Of a DNA stretch of 64,000 nt, positions 46,687-64,000 are shown one piece after another. A program made the translations under genes and the position numbers. Source of the stretch: Podarcis pityusensis (taxonomy: Eukaryota); assembly GCA_964106645.2 (NCBI GenBank), contig OZ067039.1; one strand, given 5' to 3'. Within the stretch, counting starts at the first letter, position 1. Each line of letters starts with the position of its first letter. Below the pieces are notes generated by a model. That model had not been told where the DNA came from and did no database searches. It worked only from the letters and a program-made list of their open reading frames with translations.

Positions 46687-47338
46687 GCACCCAGTACTCA
46701 GGGAGGGGAGAAGGGGGGGAAGGGAAGGGGGAAACTGTTATTTGAGAAAACTAAGCAATGGTACCTTGATATTTAAGAAGGAAAGAGCAACCTGAAGAAG
46801 CGTTCAGATTTTGAAGAATCAATAAGCCTCAAGCCTTATGTTTCATAAATGCTACTCGCTACCTAGCTTTAAAAAATATTGCGGGTTTTCTTTTCTGTTT
46901 ATTCATAGCCTTAATATCCCCCCATTTTTTTTTACATGCATGCAAATCTGACAGGTGACTAAGTTAAGAGTATGTAATTGTACATGGTGAGTGCTTGTGT
47001 GATAACACATTGTAAGAAGGGGATTGGATTAAAGATGGGAAACTAATGACATGAGCTGTTTATTTAGCCAGTTTACTTGGGCAGAATCAACCAAGGAGTT
47101 TTAGTGTTGGGGAAGGGTGGGGGCAGAAGGTGGTGGGGCAGGGTAGTGGGAGGTGGACGGGGGGCAGACCAAGTAGATCTGTGTATTGTGTCCATGTTCT
47201 TCTGTTTCCACTAAATTCAGACAAGACATAGTTGCCTCAGAGCACTACATGAGGCCATTGGAAAATTCAGCCATCTTTGTAATGGCTCTGTTGTATCACC
47301 TTCCTGTTAGAGATTTTATTACTTTGTACATTTTATTG

Positions 47339-47344
47339 AATAAA
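47339..47344 (+). terminator. Candidate proximal poly(A) signal of DPYSL3
   Basis: AATAAA ~650 nt after the stop, with upstream TGTA/U-rich and downstream GT/T-rich sequence; distal AATAAA candidates also exist (~50950, ~51317). Confidence 0.45.
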
Positions 47345-47639
47345 AAATGGAAAGGCTTGGTTTTTTCCCCCCTCCTTGGCTTGTCGAGGCAAAGTAACAG
47401 TTTCTTCCTCCCTCACAATTAATTTCAAGTTCTGGGGGTGGGGGTAGGGGAAAGGATATCACCCCCTATGCTCAGTTTGTACAGGACTGAACTTCTTGCC
47501 AAATCCTCTTTCTTTCATATCGCACAAACTGGTTAGTGAACTGGAAGTTGTAGCATCTCTTCTCATGAGGGCTGTGACTGATTTCCATTCTGCTCTGTAA
47601 TCATTAAGGGCTTTTTGAATCTCTGTGGCTCTGTTGATT

Positions 47640-47900
47640 GATTGGATTTATATACTGCCCTTCATCTGTAGATCTCAGAGTGGTTCACAGCATAAAAATA
47701 CAAGATAAAAACACAAAATACATAATAAAAGCAAAACAAACCAATAACCCCCAACCCCCTCTCACAAACACATTTAAAAGGATTTAGGATGTTAGTCAGC
47801 CAAAGGCCTGGTTGAAGTGGAATGTTTTCTGGCACCCAAAGGTGTATAATGAAGGCGCCAGCGAAACCTCCCTGGGGAGAGCCACCACAGAAGAGGCCCG
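47640..47900 (-). mobile_element. L2-type LINE 3' end
   Basis: Tail matches the + strand tail at ~8985-9062; similar fragments at ~26805-27060, ~42620-43000, ~44150-44360. Confidence 0.6.
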
Positions 47901-48069
47901 TTGCCACCCTCCAGGTTGGTGTTAGTGGCATGCCTGCATGACCACTTTGAAGATAGGCGAAGCTCTTCTCAGTGTTCCTCACATTCTGCATGTCCCACTC
48001 TTCAGTGCCGTTCAGTACCATGGGTTGGCAACAGGGATCTGCATGGGCTCTGCATTCCACACACTGGTA

Positions 48070-48295
48070 CAGTGGTACCTCGGGTTACATACGCTTCAGG
48101 TTACACACTCCGCTAACCCAGAAATATTGCTTCAGGTTAAGAACTTTGCTTCAGGATGAGAACAGAAATCGTGCTCCGGTGACGCGGCGGCAGCAGGAGG
48201 CCCCATTAGCTAAAGTGGTGCTTCAGGTTAAGAACAGTTTCAGGTTAAGTATGGACCTCCGGAACGAATTAGGTACTTAACCCGAGGTACCACTG
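48070..48295. mobile_element. Tc1/mariner (Tigger/pogo-like) MITE, same family as 21753
   Basis: Perfect 18-bp TIR CAGTGGTACCTCGGGTTA, TA TSD. Confidence 0.9.
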
Positions 48296-51200
48296 TAGTT
48301 GCCCATGAAAAAGTGCATTTATAAAGCATCTATTTAATTTGCTTTCAGTTCAGTACACAAGCACCAAACAGGCCATAGAATACTGCTGATTTTATCCATA
48401 TTTACACCAAAATACCTTTTGACAATATCACTTTCTCTATTAAAAAGTGCCTTGTCAAACATTAATATGTGTCTGGTAGATTTCAGTCAGGTATGAACAA
48501 ACACAGCATCTATGTCAGAGAAGTGGCCTCAAGCTTCCTTCAGTGTCAGCTGCAATAATCATGAACATTAAGTTATGTCGGATCAAACCAGCTGAGACCC
48601 TGTCTTTCCACAACAGTTGATAATATAGCCTGCGCAAAAAACAAGAAATGTGCTTGTAAATGAAAGGACACCAAACACAATAGGTTTACCTGTCAGCTTT
48701 TGGACTGCCCTTACCTGGCAGATTAGAAAATGACAAGGAGCAGTTTTGTGATTTAAACAGATAAACTTCACACAAAGTTAGCTGGTAGGCTTAAAATGTG
48801 GAAGCTGCCTTGTTTTAGGAGAACTGAACACACTTGGTGAAATTCACCTTGCCCTATTAACATTTAGCCCATCGGCACAAGCATCTCAGCTTGCCAGATA
48901 GAATAATCTCCCCTATCCTTCCTCCTTGCAGTTCCACAAATGAACTATGATGCTAAAAACGTCCTTTGCAAAGAGCAAGACAATAATGTGGGTTTTGAGT
49001 CTCTTAGTCATGGCCTTGTTCCACATGATTTAAATGGATAATTTTGTTGCCTGACACTGGGCATGGTGAAGATGGAACATAAGAGTATTTTTAAGGTAAA
49101 GCACTGTAGCTAGTATAACAACATTGGAAGAGGCCTCTCTCATCTATGTGCCCAGTCTGCTTGGTTTGCTTCTCTGGTTCCTGGAGGAAAAGCATGAGCA
49201 TTACTGTATCCTGCTGTCTTATCTCCAGTCTTTGCCAGGTTCATGCTTAAGAATATCCTTCGCAGCAGGCTGCATGTTCAAATAACATCCTACTTAATAG
49301 CTGTTAATATAAGCTAGAAAAAACTTTCCTAACCAAAGGTATAATATGGGCCCTTTGTAAATATGCCAAATGAGGTGAACTTGACTTCTCACATTACCTA
49401 AGGTACACAAGTACGTATATGCTGTCGGTCACATCCCTATTTTGCCGTATCTTTGGTATACTGGAGTAACCTTTCCTTCTATACCTCTGAATATAATAAT
49501 CTCAGTCACTTTCCATTTTTTCTTGGTTGGCTAGCTGACTTCACCAGTGACATCTGTGGTCTGCTAGCACATACTTTGCCTGCAAAACATCCCATTCTAT
49601 CCCTGGTATCTCCAGGTAGGACTAGAAAAGGTCTATCCAGAACAGGGGAGCTACTGTCTGTCAACGTGGAGACAATATTGAGCCAGATGGACCAATACTC
49701 TCAATAAAAGACAGCTTACAGTGTTCCTACAATAGTTGCATTATTCCCAAGTTGCCACAAGATGGGGCCAAACTACAAATAAGGGAACACATACTGTTGA
49801 GCTGTAGTTTGTGTAAGAGAGTATGGAAGACAAAACTGCACACTTGCTTGTTCTCAGAAATTGGATTGTGTGTTTTAAGAGGAAGAAATGTGATGAGAGA
49901 TGGGAGTCAGTTGTTTCTGCAACACAGACGAGAGCACACGCCTTTCTGTGTCTACAATGGACTTTTCACAAGTGGAAAACTACATACTGGCAGCCACTTC
50001 ATGCTCATACAATGTAGGTTTTGTACACATTTTGATTCTGCAGGCTGCTTTTTTATATTTCTTATTTAATATTTTCTAAATTGAACTTGAAAATATCCAA
50101 GCACCTGTCTTGCAGTTGGCAAATCTTACTAGCTTTAATGGGAGAGGGGTAAATATATGCATTCTCACAGATATGCTTTAGAAGTGCTTCTAAATGTGAT
50201 TCATGGAAGACTTGTGAAATGACTGCTGTACATCTTCATTTGTGGCATCCCCCTAACATCAAACCATCAGCATCACAGAGCATATCTTACTTACTGCAGT
50301 AAGTTACCTGTTCAAATGAGAATAATTCCACTTCTGGCCACATTCTGCTGTGCTCAGTGGATGATAGCACAGACCTAATACACATCAGATGTGAATTGAA
50401 CCTTCTGTAATTCACAAGAATAGATTCAGCTGATGAAAATTTCAGAAAATCAATGAGTTAGTCAAGGATGGCCATTCTTGCGCTTGTGACAAGTCAGCCT
50501 GAGAGCAGGTGATCTATATGCAGGAGTGGATCTGTCCAGAAACTGACAAACAGCTTCTAATTCTTGTTAACAAAAGTTTTAACACAACATGGATATCTTG
50601 ATTGCTTTTTGCAATTGTCAGTTAACAAACTTGATGACTTTTTAACATAACAGATTGGTTGAGACTTTTTCCTGCCTTTGCGATTTGAGGTAAGTTTTTG
50701 CAATCTGGGATAAAAAAAGGGATGTCATCAAGCTTTGAAAAATACATAAAACCGTTATTAACTGGAGCTCCGGCCAGCAGTGAAAATCAATCAGATGTGT
50801 GATCTCCCTAACACATCAATTTCACCTTAAGTACTTGGAATTGGAAGGTTAGGAACATTCTGTTCCTTTCTGAGAGTTGTTTTACAACTGCGTAAAAGAA
50901 TAGAAAAAATCTGAAAGATCATATTTGTGAGAATTTTATCTAAGCTTCAAATAAAATGAAAAATGGCCAGAAAAAGGGGGGGGGGGTGAAAGAGAGCTCA
51001 GATTCCCACAGAAGCTCCCCCACAGAGTCTCTCTGCTGCGATGATACTTGAGCTTTCACATACAACCAGACACATGTTGAGTATATTACAAATGTTGGGG
51101 ACAGTCTAGCAGGATGTTCTTTGCAAACTGCAGTAAAAAGATATGGGGCTGTTCAAGAGCATGGATTGTATATATAGTTAGCTTAGAAAGGTGCCAGGCA

Positions 51201-53000
51201 AACAATCTAGGGCCTTTTAGTCAGGGTTATTGTTTTCATTTGTTACTATGTTCTGTATTTTTATATGGTAAACTGCTTTGTGATTGTCACATGAAGGGTG
51301 GTATAGAGATTTTATAAATAAAAATAAGTAAACTATAATGTGGCAATTACAATGTAAATTAACTTCATTTTAAAAATGAAGTTCTATTGCCAAAAGTTCC
51401 AACTCAGTTTATTGAGCAACATTTAATTCCGCCACCATCCAAGGTGCTGTGTAGAACATAGGACAGGGACCCTGCTGTCTGATCACAACCCTCATTAAAT
51501 TAAGAAGATAGCAAGCAGGAGTTGGCCATGGGAGGGAATGCAGGAGAGGAGAATGACTAGTGCTAACATGGTTTGGCAAAGTGCTGGGTCTCACCTTTAT
51601 AATACAACTAAGCAGGTTTGCTGCTATTCACATTCTGGCTTGCCTTACAGGAAGATCCATGGCTATATGACACCCCCTCTTGGTCACACCTTATCCCCTT
51701 AGCTACCTCATCAAAACAGACTCCGCAAACCTCCAAATTTATTGAATGGGACAAGTCTCTCTTACCTATCCAACAGACTTTTTAAACATGAACATTTAAT
51801 AAATTAACACAAGTTGGTTTTTTTTTAAAAAAATGCAAGGGTAAAAAGAGTCAATGCAGTGTTAAGAGTCTTATAGAAAGTTTAATAGACCATGTTTATA
51901 AAATGGAAGAGAAGAAAAGTGCCAGAAATACCACTTGTGTATTTTCATTAAACCTGACATAATTACTAACCTGTTAACATTGATAATGAGCAAGCTGTCT
52001 TCGCAGCCCATTTCTATGCAAGACAAAAGGATGAAGCCTAAAACCCAATTGCTTACAATTGTTAGATATGTGACTATAACCAGATTTAATGCCTCCTATT
52101 CATTGCTGTGCAGAAAGCTATCCAGGGCAGACAGTGCATAGGCAGCCATTTTACTGTGACATGTTGAACAACTGTTTACCAGTTAAACTTTTCATGGGAA
52201 GGTTATTGCTTGAAAGTGACAAGAGATCAAAACTGCACCGAGCAAGGGTAGCCTACACAGTGCTCTTCAGATATTGCTGGACGCAAACTCCCATAATCTC
52301 TGACCATTGGTCATGCTGGCTGGGGCTGGTCAAACAACATCTGAAGGGCACCATGTTGGCTACCTCTGGAATGCAAAAAAAAAACAATTATTGCTGCTGC
52401 TTGGCCCTAAAGTGGTAGTTCTGAAATAGCCAGCAGCTCATGTCCTCTTCAATCCAAAGTGTTGTCTTTTAGCGTTTTAAAATAGTGCAATACCTCACAA
52501 GTTGTGGCATACTCTGGGATTCAAATTAGACATAAGGCACTCCTGCCCACAAAAGTTTTATTCTACCACAAACACAGTTGTCAGCTACTGATTCTGTTGC
52601 TGCAAAACACATTTACCAACAGAGCATCAAATAGGATAGTATGTTTAATGCACTGTTGCTTCTCACTATCTTTAAAAAAAAAAACAAGCATCCTGGAGGA
52701 AGGGAGTTTTAACCCTCTCGCCTAGTGCAGTTTTTCTGAATGAGAGGCTATAGCATAAATAGCAACTTCAGGGGAACGTTTTTGGGAGAAATGGGACAGG
52801 GTTGACTTCCATAGTTCCAATCAAAGTATACCTACAGAAATATGCTAATGCATTTACTATATCATCCTGTTTGACCCTAAGCCCACAGTTTTGATATTCC
52901 AAAAAAACAAAAATTTAAAAAATGCTGTCTTGCCCCATAACTCACAAACCTGTTTTAAAAGTGGGTGTTTCACAGCTTATCATTGCGTTTTTTGGGCACC

Positions 53001-53024
53001 GATTGGGTAGTGCCAATGACGTCA
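53001..53024. promoter_or_regulatory. Full CRE (TGACGTCA) with two CCAAT boxes
   Basis: GATTGG at 53001, CCAAT 53013-53017 overlapping TGACGTCA 53017-53024. Confidence 0.45.
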
Positions 53025-54493
53025 CTAGTAATAACAGTCTTTTGAAGCTAACTGTTCTACATTGTACAAATCAGGCCTAGTAGCTCACATTCAGCCTTAA
53101 AAAAGCAACACCTCGACAAGGCTATTCCCTGGTGCTGCAACAATCCCAATTTACTTCTAGGCTTTACATGCAGCTGAGATATCAAGCCGATGGGACTGGC
53201 GTAAAGATTGTGCTAGCATAGCAGTAAGACTTAAATTCAATATAGTGTGAATAGTGGAAAGTTGGACCAAAGCTGTGTTAAAGGGCTTTGTGGATTTCCC
53301 TTGATACTATACAGTGGCATGGGCTCCTCCCAGTTGAGAAGCAACGCCCTGACCATTCAGCCTGGTGCAGCAGGCCAGGCGGAATGATGGCAGGGAGAGC
53401 TGGAGCCTGGGAGCCCCCAGTTAGCCGTCTCAGCTGTACAGCCCAAGCAGAGCACAGTAAGGCTATAGTCTTAGAGCTTATTCAGAATGTTGGCATCTAT
53501 TATGCTTAATGCACCATGGCCGAAGGAAGGGTAGTTTGTGATCACCTTTTGCGTTGGGTAATGGAGCTTGGCTATCTAATGATTAATGTTATACAATTGC
53601 ATTCATGGCTGGTCTACAGAAGAGAAATTGATAAAAGCCAAGGAGACTAGTGTGCCATCTCCAACGCAGGATGAGTGTCACTAAAAAGACACTGCTTCTT
53701 ATTGAATGCAATGATCCCAACAGGCACACAAGGCAATGCTCTGATCCCAACTACTTTGGAACCTGCTTTGACTCTGGTTCTGGGAGAATTCCATGCCATA
53801 TATATTTAATTTTGGGAATATTTTGGTCCCAAGACAGCTACTGGCCTTTCACCTTTAAAAGCAGCAGAGAGCTGGGTCACAGGCAGCTGCTACCTGGGGC
53901 GGTTTTCTTTGGCAGAAAGAAGCCAAAGTGTTTTGTTGAAAAATAAATTGTGGGTTGTTATTATTATTATTATTGCAGGAAGTACACATAAAAAGGATGT
54001 AGCTAGAGGGCCTTAGAGAACATTTTATCGATTTCAACATCCAAGGCAGCAATTTTAGCTTAAGCTGCCTGAAGAAATAGATGGGCTTAAGCAGCCCGTC
54101 TTTCTTTGTGCATGCAGATAAACTACTTATTCCAGATGATTGGTCCTCTCCCCACAAGGCAGTGGCTTTCCTTGAGTGCAAGAGAAACCAGATATTAATA
54201 GAAAGCAGCTTCTCGTATGTGAAAGCAGCCCAGTGAGCCTATAAAGCGAAGACGGGATTGCTTGCTCAGTTAGCCAAATGTATGAAGTGTCTGCCTGCCT
54301 TGCTTCAATACGGTGATTAAAACCCAAGATGCTGGGCACAGTCTAGCCAATGTTTCACTCTAATTTTGAAATAAATGGCATTGAAAAGTACTGAACTTAC
54401 AGCTGGATTGTGTCTATTCCTTGCAGAGTTTCTTTTTCTTTGCTGCTTTTCTTTTAAAAATATTTTTGTACATGAGTGTGCACGAAAATGAAA

Positions 54494-54510
54494 TGCCACC
54501 AGGGGGCAGT
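54494..54510 (+). promoter_or_regulatory. CTCF-binding motif
   Basis: TGCCACCAGGGGGCAGT matches core consensus CCASYAGRKGGCRS. Confidence 0.65.
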
Positions 54511-54967
54511 TGGCTGCAAGAGTGGTGGAATAATCACTCGGCTCATTTTGACTCCCGGTTGCAAACTATGGGCTTGACTTTCACACCGGTGATATCACTT
54601 GGCCAGCTGCGTTCCAGCGGAAACATGGAGAGAGGATAACATGGCGAGAAGATGGCTAGAGTCCTGAAGCAGGACAGAGCAAAAATCTAGTGAATTTTTG
54701 ATACATACAATATTGCTTTTCCTTAAAGAACTATTCTTAATATTGCCAAAAATGGAGGCTTATGTAATTGTTATGCTTGTACGCTCGCTCCACCTCACTT
54801 GCTCATTCCCCTTTGGCAGCTCCTAGCAGATCTGAGTGCATACAGTGTCAAATAGCAACCTAAGGCTACAAAGGTAATAGGCTTCATACAGTTAAGTGTG
54901 ATGTGCTGTCATATTGATTTTAGGGGGCATCAACCTTTGCTGAATGACTATTCCTGATTATGCAGCC

Positions 54968-54973
54968 TTTATT
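54968..54973 (-). terminator. Candidate poly(A) signal of STK32A
   Basis: AATAAA on - strand ~860 nt past the stop codon. Confidence 0.35.
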
Positions 54974-55826
54974 TCATTTTTAAAAAACAAAAACAACAAT
55001 GTTTTAAGTTCAGCCCCATCCCCCCCCAGTTAGAGTTGTCAGTTGTACTTGCTGGTGAGTTCTATCTAACCACATCCCCTTAGAAGATTTTAGCGACTTA
55101 TATCTTTGTTTGTATCTATTTGCCAACAATTCAATTTCTGATTCACATAGCAACTCTAAGATCACACACTCACCACATCCATTTGCCCTTGAACGCTACA
55201 TATATAGTGCCAATAGTGTGTGGAGGGGGGGAATCCATGGCAAATAATAATTCTTTGTATATTTTGAGCTGGTGTACTAAATATAAGCTTTAGATCAGAG
55301 TAGTTGCTGGTGCAGAAAAAGCTGGTGTTGACATTGGACTCTCTTGTTGTCCATTTGCACTATTTTAGTCTTGGACCATCTCTTTGAAACATCTATTAAA
55401 ATATGCAGCTACCCACCTAACAAACACTTAATAAAAACCTTATCACTTTCCTACAGGCAGTTGACTGAGCCCAATAATCAGCAAACCCTACATCCTGCCA
55501 CAGAAAAGCTACATAAAGAAAATATGACCTTTCTTCATTCTTGTTCCCTTTGAGGGGAAAACACCACCTTCTTTCCTGCTTTTTAAAAACACCGGAAAAG
55601 GCATAAAATGAGAATTTGCGCCTTATGCACTGCTGCAAGAGACTAGGCCCTAACTCCTTATGGTGGAAGGAGACACTCAGCTTCTGGTTTGAAGAGCCCA
55701 TAGCAAGGGAAGCTGTCTGCCTTGTCTTGATAGCAGTGTGCAGTTTGATTTGTTGAGCTCCATGAAGTAGGTAAAGTAGACGCCTGGCCCTTGGACAGCA
55801 AGACCTCAGCAGAAGCTAAACTGATT

Positions 55827-59759
<3,933 letters not shown>

Positions 59760-62600
59760 CTAGAAATGGGAATTAAACCAGCTTGTAAACATGATAAGGA
59801 TCAGAACAGAGAGAAAACAACAAGATTTTTTACTGTAAATTAGATACAGGAAATGACGGTGGTTTGCATCACTGTGCATTTCAGTCAGGCATGAATCCCC
59901 ATTAAAAGCCATACGACTTAATTTAATCATGACTAATTTGCTGCATTGGTTTCAGATGCAATGGATCTTAGTCACAACTTTCACTAGATCAGGACCATTG
60001 TGCCGTAAGCAGAAAGGAAAAAAGGGCAGGTTACCAGTTTTACTCCTGATAACTCAATAGAGAATCCTCTTCTACAACTATATTGTGTAGCACAGCATAG
60101 AAGCAAGTCTAATCTATTGTTCTAATTTGAAAATATAATTAGGTTTTCCAGGAAGGAGAAAAGCCGTAATCCAGTCTATTTATTTTTACAGTAAAACATC
60201 TGATTGGGTTTTACGTAAGAAATCAATACAATTTTGAGACAAAAATAAGGAAGCAGTCTAGGGCAGAAGACCAATTGGAAAATCATATGCTCCATTTTAA
60301 GTTAGCATTTACTTTTGCAGGCAACAACTGGTAGATCTCGAGCTCAGTTAGGTTATCTGAAGAGTTGCAACACATGAAGGGCAGTACAACTGTTACTTGC
60401 CATACAAACTTCAAAAATCTAACTTGCTGAACTAAGGGCAACAATACAGGGGTCTTTTCTGATATTCCTTGGGCAGCTTGGGAAGAAGCAGTGGCTCTTG
60501 TACTACCTCACAAAGAAAGTGTCAGAAGCCCTGGGTTATATGAGAGAGGTCCACGCTGCAGCTCCTTCGCAATGCAATAATACTCTAGCTTTCATGAAGG
60601 ATGGTAGTGGCAGAGGAAGGAGAAGCATCACGGACTCTTCCCTGAAGGCTCCCACCATCGCTTTAGAAACCAAGAGGGAGCTGCACTGTAGCAATTTCAA
60701 CAGGAATGTAACATCAAAACGGTAACCACAGTTTTGCCTAATAAAGTTAGGCTTTTGACAGTTTTTATCCATACAAAAGCAACATATTCAATTTAGTGAC
60801 AAGTTATCCGTGGAGATCAAGGACTACAGTCCCTACATTTCCTAGATATTTGCCCATGATTGACTGGTGACTATTCTGGCTGTTTCTTCAAGCTGCCTTG
60901 TTCGTATTTCAAAACTTACCACTATTCATTCTGCATAGCCCTGCAAGTTTGGTCTTCTGCTAATGCTATGAGAAGAATTTGTAAGGGAGGCAATTATAGC
61001 CGTGCAATAAGCAATTTAGGTATCCAAAAGCATTGACAAAGGCCAACATGCTCAGTGGAATACATGTTGGTCTTGAACTTGTGAATTCAAATTTATGACC
61101 CATAGATTCATTGAGTAGCCTTGGGCAATGTTGTAATCTCTTCACTCCCTTTCTGTGAAATGGGAATAAGTGTGGCTTGTTCTCATGGGGTTTTTGTGAG
61201 GACAACTGACAATTGAAGATAAATGGAGAACGTTCCAAGAGAAAACCAATGTTCTAAGTAGCACAGCCTCAACAAACTTAAGGAGGTGGCTTTGGACAAT
61301 GAAAAATCCTTCTACCTTCCGTTCCCCTGTAAGACTTGGCATTACAACCAAAAGCAGTTAGAGCTAAAGACCACAAGTTTGGTTCCAAAGGTCAAACAAT
61401 TTAATTTGCGTTGACCAGAAATCAGCACTACCATAGAAGGCCTTTCAATCTTTTCTCTCATTTCCATACATCACACTATCCATGAGTGAGTACAGAATCT
61501 GTTTCTTTTCCTTGCTGGATGCTTGGCTGGCTCAAAATGAGAAAGTGTTCTACTTCAGCAGTAATTTACTGAACTCTTTCTTCTAAGTAAGTTAAGCCAA
61601 ACACTCTACAAGTATCTACTGCATTTGAACCAATTATTCAAAAAGTCCTGTTCTGACAGATTTATCTCAGAAAGATTTTGCAGCAGTACTTTATTTTTAT
61701 GACTCGATAAATACCCACATAGTTCAAACCAACTCCTGTTGAAATCAGATCCCCCTGTGGTTTATACAAATGCCACCAGTGTACACTGCCCATATAGTGT
61801 TGACTATTTTTCTTCAAACATTACCCAGGAATCAGCAAAACATTTCAAAATGATTCATGTAGAACATGAATGCAAACAGATTGTTTTTGTGGGAGCTGCA
61901 AATCATTCAGGGAAATCAAAGCCAGCCAGTTACTTCCTCAGCCTGCTTCCATTCATATGCCAGACTGACTGGAATGGGATACTCCTGCTGAACTGCAAAC
62001 CTACAATTATGCAAGTTCCTAAAATGCTCCTCTAACATCTGCAAACCCATACAAGCATTTTTCACATGAGAGGTTTCCCTGGTTTCCCTTTGAATCTGCC
62101 TGTAACGCAAACATAAAACCTACACAGGTTGCAGCACACATTTAATTTCTATTTTCTTCCCTTTTCCATCCTGCATTACCAACCTTGCATAACTGGCAGT
62201 AGAGGGGCTGGAAGATGTTCAGTTTGTATGTGGCAATGCTCCATGCCTGATTTAATGCACTGAAACCTTTCTTATGAAATTTACTTGAGACAAGTGAGAG
62301 CCAGGACCAAACTTGACATCCCAGTTGGTCTCATCTATAATACATAATGGCTGCTAAAACAAAGACAAAGGGGGGCACAGTGGAAATTTAAATAGCGGTG
62401 ACATTGCATCATTAATTCAAGAAGGAACAAAAGGGCCTGTGGGGGTTCCAGAATGTCATGGCACAGGATAAAAAGCAAAGTAAAATGACATAAACAAATA
62501 TAAAGGAAATCTACAGAAATGTGGAGTTACTACTCTGTCTTGACTAGTTTCGAATGCAGGGGTTTTTTTTAACAGTTTTTATGTGTATTTAGGTTCAGAG

Positions 62601-62618
62601 TATATATATATATATATA
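62601..62618. repeat. (TA)n microsatellite
   Basis: Seen directly. Confidence 0.9.
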
Positions 62619-63084
62619 TGGACAAAATAGTTCTTCTGATCATACAATCATACAGCTACCACCATACATGCAGGTTTTTTCAATTGCCGTTGGGCATGTT
62701 TCCATCTCCTTGGTGCCATCTCTTACAGTGCCACTGTTAGGTCTCACATAAAGGCAGTGGGGGTAGAAGAGTCAATATGTAGCCAATGCATGCATGTATA
62801 TGGGACTCTGAATATATGGAAGCTTTTCACCTTGTGCGGAACTATGTGAAGAGCATATATTTGATACTAAATTTTGAAAAACATTCAGGATTGGGCTGTG
62901 GATTTGGAGTTTTAGCCCAGCATAACCTGCTATGCATTGGGGGGGGGGGAGGGTAGTGGTAACTAATTCACTGTCTACAGTTTAGGGTCCCCAGCCAAAA
63001 TCATGTCTTCCAGATCTATTAATCCTGCCTAAAAATATTATAATATTGTGGGTTTTGTCTTTACTAAAATGTAAACGATTAAAA

Positions 63085-63331
63085 TCCTGCCAACCTAGCA
63101 GTTCGAAAGCATGCCAAAGTGCAACTAGATAAATAGGTACTACTCCAGTGGGAAGGTGAACGGCGTTTCCGTGCACTGCTCTGGTTCGCCAGAAGCGGCT
63201 TAGTCATGCTGGCCACATGACCCGGAAGCTGTACGCCGGCTCCCTCGGCCAGTAAAGCAAGATGAGTGCCACAACCCCAGAGTCATCCGCAACTGGACCT
63301 AATGGTCAGGGACCCCTTTACCTTTACCTTT
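63085..63331 (+). mobile_element. Sauria SINE, 5'-truncated
   Basis: Shared body, (ACCTTT)n tail, TSD-like AAACGAYTAAAA on both sides. Confidence 0.9.
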
Positions 63332-64000
63332 AAAACGACTAAAAACATTTCTAGCACGCTTGGTTCATGTGTTAACAATATGGATCTGAAGTTCTCCGTT
63401 ACACTGTATCTCCACCTGGGTCTGGGGGTCATGTGGCAAGGCGAACATCACCCCCTTCTGAAATCAGACTTCTCCCCGCTACATGGAACTGTGCACCTGA
63501 GTGACTCTTGCCAAAGACAGACAAGAGATCTTCTCAGTTCTGCAGAGGTTTTTTAGCTAGAGATTCTGAACACCAAACGTGGAGATTCATGAACAGAAAA
63601 AACCCTCAGAGTGCATCACTGAATGATAGCCCAATTTCAGGGTCATTTTCTTAAACTGCCTAATATATCATCTCTACACCACTTGCTGTTACAAATATTG
63701 CTGCCACTGGGGGCTGTGTAATTGCCACTTCCATTCTAGTACCACCCGTGCCCCCTTCTGTTTTCTTTTCCCCCGGGGTAATAATGAAATATAATAGACC
63801 TTGGCCTTAACTTTTCTCAGCCTCAGCAGCAATAGCAGCAGCAGTCTTCTCAACTGAATGGCCTGCCAAGCCTTCAGATTCTCGAGGCAGTTCCGTACAA
63901 CATTGATTTAAAAATCACAGAGACAGAAGCACAAATACCAGAACCTGCACACAGCACACATATTAACCTATTTTCTTTTCCATAGTCTCTTTTGAGGGGG

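Noticed and set aside
59760-64000. Further upstream STK32A exons
   Set aside because: Scanned by eye for the preceding kinase-domain exon and found no match; it probably lies beyond the window.

Overview
Vertebrate (squamate, probably lacertid lizard, judged from Sauria/Squam-type SINEs) genomic DNA. The + strand carries the complete short-isoform CDS of DPYSL3/CRMP4: 14 exons, 13233-46686, all GT-AG, 1716 nt = 571 aa + stop. The - strand carries the last four coding exons of the kinase STK32A (59759 down to 55827), convergent with DPYSL3. The rest is intron, UTR and intergenic DNA with many SINEs, L2/CR1 fragments, hAT and Tc1/mariner-type MITEs and microsatellites. Most ORF-track entries are spurious. 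I found no new multi-gene system. The most notable local features are: a 12-bp duplication of the exon 13 donor giving a second in-frame donor; a duplicated donor plus hairpin after exon 11; a hAT insertion whose TSD rebuilds the predicted exon 13 branch point; a decayed hammerhead-ribozyme-like motif in a Penelope-type fragment; two His->Asn changes in CRMP4; and CTCF and CRE/CCAAT motifs between the two genes. Comparisons to human proteins and repeat families are from memory, not database searches.
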